Shown here: positions 30,090-38,886 of the stretch, one piece after another | How positions within the stretch are numbered: position 1 is the first letter of the stretch | How the letters are laid out: each line of letters opens with the position of its first letter | Assembly: GCA_965657355.1 (NCBI GenBank) | Contig: CBFHOE010000009.1 | Span: forward strand, 128,001-192,000 | Origin: Limisphaerales bacterium | Lineage (GTDB): Bacteria > Verrucomicrobiota > Verrucomicrobiia > Limisphaerales > JAJOIW01 | DNA: 64,000 bases | Direction: 5' to 3' | The notes under the pieces: model-generated | Told to the model about the DNA's origin: nothing | The model's database searches: none | Seen by the model: the letters and a program-made list of their open reading frames with translations, nothing else | Position numbers and translations under genes: made by a program

Positions 30090-33000
30090 TCACTCCGTTT
30101 TCACGGGATCAGCAGGTCTTTTTGGCAATCTCATTGGTTTTTCGGCCATCATGCTCAGAACTTCCTGAATGCCTCTTTCCAACTGAGGATCGCGCCCCTC
30201 AATGACAGACTGGGGATCATTTTCAACATAGATATCCGGATCTACACCATGACCCTCTATGATATATTCTCCATCCGTGTCATTAGTCGCCTGTAGCGGA
30301 ACATAAACCGTACCACCATCAAGAAGAGGTCCTCGACTTGAAATACCAACAACGCCACCCCAAGAGCGCTTACCGATCAAAGGCCCCAGTTCTGACTTAC
30401 GGAAACGGTGCGGAAATATATCACCATCCGATGCGGATGTCTCATTAATGAGGCAAACTTTGTGCCCATGAAAAACAGTCCCGGGATATGTGCCCGGCTC
30501 GTCACTAGAATACCCGAAGCGCGTACCGAGTAATTTGGTGTCGAGGCGTTCAATAATCCACTGGGAAACATTTCCACCTCCATTACTTCGGACGTCCACA
30601 ATGAGTCCTTCTTTACGCATTTGTGGATAAAACCATTTTATGAACTCATAGATTCCCGGCGCCCCCATATCTGGAATATGAAGATACCCTACTCTGCCCG
30701 CAGTCATCGCATCGACCTTAGCCATATTACCCAGCACCCAATTTAGATAGAGCAATGATTTCTCAGAAGAGACCGGACGATAAGTAATCTCTCGAGCACC
30801 CTCTTCACTTGGTTTCTTATTAATTGTAAGAACAATGGGATCGGTCTTGTGTTGAAGCAAGCGGTATGGATTATCGTTTCCATTTAGTGATTCCCCGTCA
30901 ATGGCCAAAACGTAATCACCCTCGTCTATGTCGACTCCGACTTCGGTCAGGGGCGAGCGGTATTTTGCTTCTTCATTATGGCCTTTCATGATTTTGAAAA
31001 TACGATACTTATTAACCTCTGAATCCAATTTAAATCTGGCGCCAGGCAAACCAACTTTGGGTCTCTTTGGAATCTCAAAATCTCCACCTGCGATGTAAGC
31101 ATGCCCCACGTTAAGTTCAGATATCATTTCACCGATGACATAATTGAGGTCGGAGCGATGGGCTACGTGCTTTACCAAAGGGCGATATTGATTTCCAATC
31201 GCATCCCAGTCAAAGCCATGCATGTTTTCCACGTAAAAGAAGTCGCGATACCGACGCCACACCTCATTGAAGACGGTGATCCATTCCTCACTTGGATTCC
31301 GATCTACCATCAAACCCGAAGTTGAAATCGACTTTTTCCCCGGAGCTCCTGTTTTTGCGTCGTATCGAGCGAATCCACCCTGAGCCCTTACTAATACCTT
31401 CTGTCCATCTGAGGATAGCGACCATGATCCGGCACCTTCTAAGAAAGATGTGGATTCACGTTTCTTGAGATCAAAAATATGAAGAGTCGATTTCTCGCTA
31501 CTACTGCGTCCGTAATAACTGGAGCCAGAGGTGGAATAAAAGAGGAAGCCTTTGGCCGAAGTCAGTTTTCTGATATTGCCTGCTCTGACCGGAACGCGGA
31601 CAGCTCGCTGATCAAGGCCATCAAAATCAATATGTGTATATTCCAATCTCTCAGTTTCATTTTTCTCCTCATTAACTGAATTTTTATGATCAATAGGATC
31701 TGGATCACCTTTTTCCTCATCTATATCAACCTCGTCAGACTCTGGAGCAAAAGGATTTAATACGCCCTTGCGTAATGCCAAAGCGTAAGCTTGAACATCA
31801 TGACTTCCTGCATAATTCCACTCAATCGTGGAAATTTGTGGTGCAAACTCTCGACGTGAAAGATAGAAAATATAATTCCCTTCCGGATCCCATGTAGGGG
31901 AATCAACATCAAAGTGTGGGTTTGTAATAGGATGTGTCTTTCCGTCGGCGACTGACCAAATGTGGAGCCGACCAAAACCATTAATCTCTCTCATTGTAAA
32001 TGCGAGGTGGCCGCCACAAGCTGACCATGTATGGTCAGAGATTCCTCCTCGAGGTGCATCGATTATTTCCACTACTGCTTTTGTTGCTATCGTGATTACA
32101 AAAAGTTTTCCGTCCTTGTCAGAATAGGCTAGGCGTTTCCCATCTGGCGACCATGTAGGAGCCCCCAGCATAACCTTATGCCCTGTAGTTAAGGCCTTGG
32201 GTGCCTGGCGACCACTTTGATCAATCAGGTATATTTGCTCCTCACCAGAAAGGTCGGATATGAAAGCAATCTGGCGGCCATCTGGCGACCACCGAGCGTG
32301 CTTATCGTGAGCATTTGAAGAATTGGTTAAATTTCGAGTTGGCCCCTTTTCAATCGGCACGGTGAAGACATCACCTCGGGCAACAAAAACGGCACGCTTT
32401 CCTTTGGGTGAAAGTCTATAGCTCTCTATATTGTTGTATGCGGGGTAACGAGAGGGTCGCATGGCAAGGCCGTCATCAGGAACAGTTATGGATAACTTGG
32501 TTTCACTGCCCGATTTGATATCGTATATGGCAAGGACGCCATCAATTTCAAAAACAATACGCGATTGACCGTCTGACGAAGGCCAGCGAACGTCCCATTC
32601 TTTGTGATGGGTCAAAGCTTCAGATTTTTTAGTCTCTTGATGATATCGATATAAATTCAACCGGTCTCCACGATCAGAGGCAAAATATATGTGATCTCCA
32701 ATCCACATTGGGTCACGTTCCGTCCTAAGGCTATTGTCTATCGCCACAGCTTCATTGCTCTCTAAATCAAAGACATATAAATCCTGCGCCCACCCGCCTT
32801 GGTATCGCTTCCATGTTCGAAAATCTCTAAAAAGTGGCGAGTAAAGAACCTTTTTGCCATTCGGTGAAATATCCCCAGCACCTGAAGTAGGCATCGGCAT
32901 CATAACAGGCAAACCACCATCGACACCGACTGTGTAAAGTCCAGTCAAAGTTTTACCGCCATCAGCATCACGTAAAGAGCGAAATAGAACTTTCTCACCG

Positions 33001-33473
33001 TCTGGTGTCCAGCCGTAGACTTGATGATCATACCCCCATCGAGGAGGCAATGGGCCCGACGCAGGATAATATGTCAGCTGTTTTGGAATACCTCCAGTAG
33101 CAGGCATGACATAAACCTGTTCATCACCATCATATTGCCCGGTGAAAGCGATCCATTTGCCGTTCGGAGAAAATTTGGGGAAAAGTTCCTGACCAGGGTG
33201 AGCCGTTAGTCGGGAGGCCTGACCGCCTTTAGTTGAGGCTTTCCAGAGGTCTCCTCCGTAGCAAAAGACCACCAAATCACCACTAATATCTGGGAAACGC
33301 AACAATTTTGTCTCAGCCTTTCCATCATTGGAAACAAAAAACAAAGTTAGGCAGAGAGTGTAAAAAATTCTCAAATTCATAATATTTAATGAGTATACCC
33401 TATAGAGATCGGTAAATAATATTCGAGCTAAACTATTACCGTAGATTTCATTCATACTTCCTTGCGATTTCAA
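30090..33473 (-). CDS. Tricorn protease (S41B); start probably at MNLRIF
   Basis: LLRFPDI, PD40/WD-like propeller repeats, PDZ (GDYVLAIDG), VGYLHIPDM, DVRSNGGG, NETSASDGD, GKRSWGG, IEGHGVDPD. Confidence 0.95.
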   Translation of the reverse strand: MKSQGSMNEIYGNSLARILFTDLYRVYSLNIMNLRIFYTLCLTLFFVSNDGKAETKLLRFPDISGDLVVFCYGGDLWKASTKGGQASRLTAHPGQELFPKFSPNGKWIAFTGQYDGDEQVYVMPATGGIPKQLTYYPASGPLPPRWGYDHQVYGWTPDGEKVLFRSLRDADGGKTLTGLYTVGVDGGLPVMMPMPTSGAGDISPNGKKVLYSPLFRDFRTWKRYQGGWAQDLYVFDLESNEAVAIDNSLRTERDPMWIGDHIYFASDRGDRLNLYRYHQETKKSEALTHHKEWDVRWPSSDGQSRIVFEIDGVLAIYDIKSGSETKLSITVPDDGLAMRPSRYPAYNNIESYRLSPKGKRAVFVARGDVFTVPIEKGPTRNLTNSSNAHDKHARWSPDGRQIAFISDLSGEEQIYLIDQSGRQAPKALTTGHKVMLGAPTWSPDGKRLAYSDKDGKLFVITIATKAVVEIIDAPRGGISDHTWSACGGHLAFTMREINGFGRLHIWSVADGKTHPITNPHFDVDSPTWDPEGNYIFYLSRREFAPQISTIEWNYAGSHDVQAYALALRKGVLNPFAPESDEVDIDEEKGDPDPIDHKNSVNEEKNETERLEYTHIDFDGLDQRAVRVPVRAGNIRKLTSAKGFLFYSTSGSSYYGRSSSEKSTLHIFDLKKRESTSFLEGAGSWSLSSDGQKVLVRAQGGFARYDAKTGAPGKKSISTSGLMVDRNPSEEWITVFNEVWRRYRDFFYVENMHGFDWDAIGNQYRPLVKHVAHRSDLNYVIGEMISELNVGHAYIAGGDFEIPKRPKVGLPGARFKLDSEVNKYRIFKIMKGHNEEAKYRSPLTEVGVDIDEGDYVLAIDGESLNGNDNPYRLLQHKTDPIVLTINKKPSEEGAREITYRPVSSEKSLLYLNWVLGNMAKVDAMTAGRVGYLHIPDMGAPGIYEFIKWFYPQMRKEGLIVDVRSNGGGNVSQWIIERLDTKLLGTRFGYSSDEPGTYPGTVFHGHKVCLINETSASDGDIFPHRFRKSELGPLIGKRSWGGVVGISSRGPLLDGGTVYVPLQATNDTDGEYIIEGHGVDPDIYVENDPQSVIEGRDPQLERGIQEVLSMMAEKPMRLPKRPADPVKTE

Positions 33474-33594
33474 TCTAAAATTTTAATTCGTCAAAAATGA
33501 ACCGGGTTTACACGAGGATTGTCTATCGTTGCCCAAAATATTAATATGCAAATTGAATGGATCTCATTTAGAGGTCTCAACTAGATCCCAATAA

Positions 33595-35205
33595 ATGAGG
33601 GTCTTCGAGGTTCTTATGAAAAACTCATCATCGACATCGACTCAAAAAGGATTTCTTGGATTTGTAGAGCGAGTGGGAAACCGGCTCCCTGATCCCGTAT
33701 TTATATTTGTTTTTCTTATTGGAATATTAATCGTCATCTCGGTTATTTGTAGTTGGGCAGGAGTTTCTGCTGCTCATCCTACCAAGCTTTTGGAGGATGG
33801 TTCGGGCCCATTAATTATGAATGCCAAGAGCCTTCTTTCTGCCGAGAATATTCAAAAGATTTGGGTGGAGATGCCGAAAACATTCACACATTTTCATCCA
33901 CTTGGGTATGTATTGGTCGTGATGCTTGGAGCTGGAGTTGCTGAACGATCTGGACTTTTTGCCAGTGGCATTAAATCGGCGATGCGGCATGCACCAAAAG
34001 GACTCCTCACACCAACGGTTGCTCTGGCCGCCATGCTTTCTAACCATGCTGCCGACGCTGGATACGTGGTCGTCATTCCTCTGGCCGCCATTATTTTTGC
34101 TGCAGCTGGACGGCATCCCATTGCCGGAATAGCCGCAGCTTTTGCCGGTGTCTCCGGGGGATTTTCAGCAAACTTTACACCTGGACAGCTCGATGCACTT
34201 CTTTTCGGCATTACCGAGGCGGCTGTTGATGGCGCGCAGCTAGACACAGGATGGACGATGAATATCGCTGGAAACTGGTTCTTCATCGCCGCACTACTCG
34301 CAATCTATCTTCCGGTAATCTGGTATGTCACCGATAAACTGATCGAACCTCGCCTTGGAAAGTGGTCCCCTGGAGAGGGACACCAGGATACTTTTGGTGA
34401 TGAGGACAAACCTTTAACAGATGGTGAAAAAAAAGGACTAGGCAGAGCGGGCTTTGCAATCCTTGGTGTCTGCTTATTCTGGTTGGCTATGACTTTTGGA
34501 CCAGGCACTCCCCTACTAAATGATGGACCAGGTACGGAGGGTCAAGCCTGGTACGTCACCGCAACGCCATTTTTTAAATCTCTCGTTGGGGCTTTTATGA
34601 TTCTTTTCCTCGGGGCAGGTTGGGCTTACGGATCCGCTGCGGGAACCATAAAAACAAGCGATGATCTGGTAACAATGATGTCGGAATCAATGAAAGATAT
34701 GGGATATTACTTAGTTCTTTCTTTTGCCGCCGCTCATTTCGTTGCCATGTTTAATTGGTCAAACCTTGGGCTGATTTCAGCTGTTCATGGCGCCGAAGTT
34801 ATAAAATCAAGTGGTTTACCATTGCCCATAGTTCTGGGGTTGATCGTTATATTTGCATCGGTATTAAATTTGTTTGTAGGGTCTGCTAGTGCAAAGTGGG
34901 CTTTGCTTGCCCCAGTTTTAGTACCAATGCTGATGCTTCTGGGTGTGAGTCCAGAGGGCGCCACGGCGGCCTATCGAGTCGGAGACAGCGCCACCAATAT
35001 CATCTCACCACTTATGGTGTATTTTCCACTTGTGCTCATCTTTGCAAAACGCTGGCAATCTAATTTTGGGATAGGGTCGCTAACAGCGATGATGATACCC
35101 TATTCGATGTGGATGATGATCACCGGTGTTTTGTTGATGATCCTCTGGATCGCCTTCGGCATTAATCTTGGTCCAGGCGCTCCACTGAAAATACCCTTAC
35201 CTTAG
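33595..35205 (+). CDS. abgT: AbgT family transporter
   Basis: VERVGNRLPDP, GVAERSG, AGVSGGFSAN, GSASAKW, YRVGDSATNIISP motifs; multi-TM. Confidence 0.9.
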   Translation: MRVFEVLMKNSSSTSTQKGFLGFVERVGNRLPDPVFIFVFLIGILIVISVICSWAGVSAAHPTKLLEDGSGPLIMNAKSLLSAENIQKIWVEMPKTFTHFHPLGYVLVVMLGAGVAERSGLFASGIKSAMRHAPKGLLTPTVALAAMLSNHAADAGYVVVIPLAAIIFAAAGRHPIAGIAAAFAGVSGGFSANFTPGQLDALLFGITEAAVDGAQLDTGWTMNIAGNWFFIAALLAIYLPVIWYVTDKLIEPRLGKWSPGEGHQDTFGDEDKPLTDGEKKGLGRAGFAILGVCLFWLAMTFGPGTPLLNDGPGTEGQAWYVTATPFFKSLVGAFMILFLGAGWAYGSAAGTIKTSDDLVTMMSESMKDMGYYLVLSFAAAHFVAMFNWSNLGLISAVHGAEVIKSSGLPLPIVLGLIVIFASVLNLFVGSASAKWALLAPVLVPMLMLLGVSPEGATAAYRVGDSATNIISPLMVYFPLVLIFAKRWQSNFGIGSLTAMMIPYSMWMMITGVLLMILWIAFGINLGPGAPLKIPLP

Positions 35206-35588
35206 TTCTTCCCCCAAAACCTTCTATTGCTAAAGAACTAAGCCCGAAGGCTATGAAATAAATGGTAGGCTACCATCATCAAACAGGAGGACAATTTAGC
35301 GTTTTCATCTAAATATCTATAAAGAATCATTTATTGGCGATAAATGTTTTTTAACAGAGACCTGGTGTATTTGATTGAGACAATCATGATTCTCAGCGAG
35401 AGACATCCTGTTTGGGAGAAAGTCAAAGCGAAATCCTTAGATGATTCTTAACTGCAAAAGGGTAAGATATAAATCGAAGATAAGGGTATTCGTTTAGGTA
35501 ATGAGACATCAATATTGTAGCCCCGCTTATTTGATACAAGTATGATAACAGCTTACGTTTTGACAGATTTATTTCCTTAGGGTCCTTC

Positions 35589-38500
35589 TTGAATCGATTG
35601 AATTTATCAGGCAGGATTTTAACATCTCTAAAGGGAACGCTTGCAATTGAACAACTCCATAAAATGATAAAAAGAAAATCACTTCTCATCATATGCACAA
35701 GTCTAGTTGCATTTTTAGTAATGAGCTTCTGCATACATGAATTACATGCGCAGACATCAAAACCTGAGAAAACAAAAAACAATAACAATAATGAGAAGAG
35801 TGATTCCAAAGATTCGAATATTCTAACATTAAAAAAGCTATTCCCTGAAAAATCAGTTTTTGGGCCCTCCGCCTCTCAGACATCATTTTCTCACGAAGGC
35901 CGGTATGCTGCATTTCTTTATCGCCCCTATAAAGAACGTCGTCACGGAAATGATTTGTACGTTTATGATTTTAACAAAGACGAAATGAAAAGACTGACCT
36001 CGGTATCTCTTATGTCAGAATTTCAGGCTTCTGCTCGCAAAGTTCAGAAAGATCGTATCGAAAAAGCTGAAAAAGCCAAAAAGACGACTTCAAAAGAAAC
36101 CACTGATAACGGGGAAGAAAAAGAAAGCGAAAAAGACCAACAGAAAAAACCAGATAAAAAGCAAGGCGATATTGTATCAGATAAAGACGCTGATGATGAA
36201 AAAGCTCCCAGATATGAGGGAATTCAATCCTTCACTTGGCACCCAGTAAAAAACGAAATACTCTTTATTTCGGGAGGAGATATTTACCACATGAAACTCA
36301 ATGGATCACCTCCTGAAAGACTCACTCGCACGCAGGATGCAGAACGAAATGTCCAGTATCTACCGGATGGCAAGGGATTCATTTTCATGCGAGGCGAAAA
36401 ATTGTTTCGCGTCCAAGAAGGACGATCATTAATCGAGCAGATCAGTCCAAAACTAAGCAAAGGCGAATCAATGAGTTCTTTTAGACTGAGTCCAGATGGG
36501 ACACGAATTTCTCTACAAACGCGAAAAGGTAAGAGCCCATTTTCCAGTGACCGAAAAGTCAAGATTGTCAATTACCGCGGCCGATTTGCTGAAGTTCGAG
36601 AATTCAATAGAGTCGTTTCTGATGACCCTATGGTTGAGCAGGAAGTTTTTATCTACCTTTACGACCTTACCAAACATGAAAACGAACGGGCCGAGCTGGA
36701 ATTAGTGCACACTACCAAGATCAATAGTCCTCGCGATGCTATTTCTGCACCAGAATGGTCACTGGATTCCAAACATATCACATTTGCGACTTTTCATTTT
36801 GAGGACGACAATGTTTCGCTCTACACAGCGACTTTTCCAGAGACTGATACGAAAGAGGAAGAGCAAACTCAAATTCCTGAAGACCAGAATCGAGTCAATG
36901 AAGATCAAAAGGAACCCGACAGTCCAAAAGAAAACAAAGATGACATCAAAAATCAGCCAAAGAAACTCGCCAAACTCCAATACAGGTTTTTACATTTTGG
37001 TGGGCCAAATACTCCACGTTTGATTCAACCTCATTTCCTTGAGGACCCGACAAAGATTCTCTTCGTTAGTGAACAAACTGGATTCAGACACCTACACATA
37101 CTCGACACTACATATCAAACTGTCACCTCATTGACTGAGGGCAACTTTGAAGTCTACCTTAATGAGGTTTCAAAGGATCGACGATTTGCATTAGTAACCA
37201 GCACGAAAAGTAGTCCAGCGCAAACAATGGCTTATAGCATCGATCTTAAAACCAAGGAAATGAACCCTTTAACAGATATTAAAGGAAATTATTCCAACGT
37301 TTCCATTAGTCAGGACGGGACAAAGATGCTGGCAAATTATTCAACTTTCGGTAAATTGCGCGAGTTAGTTAGGGTCAACCAAAACGCAAAGAAAAACACA
37401 TTCAAAACTCTAACAGATTCACACCCTTCCGAAGCCAAAAAAATAACAAAACCGACACCTGAGTTTTTTACTTATAAAAATCGTCATGGACAAAGATTAC
37501 ATGGGACGATTTTCAAACCAAAAGACTGGAAAAAATCTGATAAACGCCCTTGCCTAATTTATGTGTATGGAGGCCCACTTGGCACCCGTCACAGTGTTGT
37601 GGACGGAAGTTACAGGTCAGATAGTTACTTTTTTGCTTACTACATGGCGTATGTTCACGGGTATGTCACAGTGACTATCGACCCTCGTGGGCAATCCGGT
37701 TATGGGGCATTATTTGAAAAATCAAACTTTAAGCAAGTTGGCAAACCTCAAGTTGAAGACTTGGTCGATGGCACTCGTTTTTTAGTTGAGAATTGTGGAG
37801 TGGATGAGAAGAAAATTGGATTGCATGGCTGGAGTTTTGGAGGATTTCAAACCCAGATGTGCTTATATACAGAACCTGATATTTTTGCGATAGGAATAGC
37901 TGGCGCAGGGCCAACCGAATGGGAAAATTACAATAAATGGTATTCAACCGGAACTATCGATCGAAGCAAAGAAGGCAAACTTGATCAAAAAGCTTATTCC
38001 CTATTACCACTTGCCAAAAATCTCAAAGCTAAACTTCTATTGGTTCATGGCATGGAGGATAGCAATGTCCTTTACCAAGACACTGTGAGGGTCTACAGAG
38101 AACTTATTAAGGCGGGCAAAGAGACATTAGTAGAATTATTCCTTGATCCAACTGGAGGCCATGGTCTTGGAGGAGATATAAAGCGCCTTGGTAAATATCG
38201 TAAATATGAGGAGTTTTTAATACGCAATCTCGGAAGTTTAAAAAAACCAAAGGGTGAAACAAACAAAATAATGTCCAAGCCCTTTGGCGGGAAACCACAT
38301 AATATACCAGGGATTATTGAGGCGGAGCACTACGATGAGGGCCCAGCGGGAATCGCCTATAAAGATAACGACAAGGCAAACCAGGGCGCTGAATATCGAA
38401 AGGACACGGAAGTCGATATTGAGAAACGAGGCGACGCTTCTAATGGGCATGGAATAGGATGGACATTAAAAGGCGAGTGGTTGCGATACACTGTAAAGGT

Positions 38501-38786
38501 TGAAAAAGACGGTATTTATAAAGTAACCATGCCTGTTGCTTCTGATAAAATGGGAGGATTATTTCACCTTGAAATAGGAGGCAAAAACCTCACCGGACCA
38601 ATCAGAGTCCCGGATACGGGTGGTTGGACTATTCTTAGAACCATCACAGCAAAAGGAATAAAGCTGAAAAAAGGTATACACACAATCCGTATTGTGATGG
38701 ATGAGGAAGGCCCGTCTAATAGCATAGGAGATATTGATTATTTCGAATTTTCATTAATGGATAAATCAGGGCTCTTTTTTGATTAA
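35589..38786 (+). CDS. S9 (DPP-IV-like) peptidase with C-terminal CBM6-like domain; start probably ATG at 35664
   Basis: Propeller region, YVYGGP, DPRG, nucleophile GWSFGG, HGMEDSNV, GGHG; then IEAEHYDEG...IGWTLKGEWLRYTV...TGGW. Confidence 0.9.
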   Translation: MNRLNLSGRILTSLKGTLAIEQLHKMIKRKSLLIICTSLVAFLVMSFCIHELHAQTSKPEKTKNNNNNEKSDSKDSNILTLKKLFPEKSVFGPSASQTSFSHEGRYAAFLYRPYKERRHGNDLYVYDFNKDEMKRLTSVSLMSEFQASARKVQKDRIEKAEKAKKTTSKETTDNGEEKESEKDQQKKPDKKQGDIVSDKDADDEKAPRYEGIQSFTWHPVKNEILFISGGDIYHMKLNGSPPERLTRTQDAERNVQYLPDGKGFIFMRGEKLFRVQEGRSLIEQISPKLSKGESMSSFRLSPDGTRISLQTRKGKSPFSSDRKVKIVNYRGRFAEVREFNRVVSDDPMVEQEVFIYLYDLTKHENERAELELVHTTKINSPRDAISAPEWSLDSKHITFATFHFEDDNVSLYTATFPETDTKEEEQTQIPEDQNRVNEDQKEPDSPKENKDDIKNQPKKLAKLQYRFLHFGGPNTPRLIQPHFLEDPTKILFVSEQTGFRHLHILDTTYQTVTSLTEGNFEVYLNEVSKDRRFALVTSTKSSPAQTMAYSIDLKTKEMNPLTDIKGNYSNVSISQDGTKMLANYSTFGKLRELVRVNQNAKKNTFKTLTDSHPSEAKKITKPTPEFFTYKNRHGQRLHGTIFKPKDWKKSDKRPCLIYVYGGPLGTRHSVVDGSYRSDSYFFAYYMAYVHGYVTVTIDPRGQSGYGALFEKSNFKQVGKPQVEDLVDGTRFLVENCGVDEKKIGLHGWSFGGFQTQMCLYTEPDIFAIGIAGAGPTEWENYNKWYSTGTIDRSKEGKLDQKAYSLLPLAKNLKAKLLLVHGMEDSNVLYQDTVRVYRELIKAGKETLVELFLDPTGGHGLGGDIKRLGKYRKYEEFLIRNLGSLKKPKGETNKIMSKPFGGKPHNIPGIIEAEHYDEGPAGIAYKDNDKANQGAEYRKDTEVDIEKRGDASNGHGIGWTLKGEWLRYTVKVEKDGIYKVTMPVASDKMGGLFHLEIGGKNLTGPIRVPDTGGWTILRTITAKGIKLKKGIHTIRIVMDEEGPSNSIGDIDYFEFSLMDKSGLFFD

Positions 38787-38886
38787 TGCCACGATGACTA
38801 ACTTTCAGAATTAATGGTCATCATGAAAACTGCAATTTGTTTTATAACTAGGTTTATGATGGTGTTACCCAAAAGGTAATAGAGAT

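Noticed and set aside
35423..35809. 128-aa minus-strand ORF
   Set aside because: Largely antisense to the S9 peptidase 5' end; no family features.
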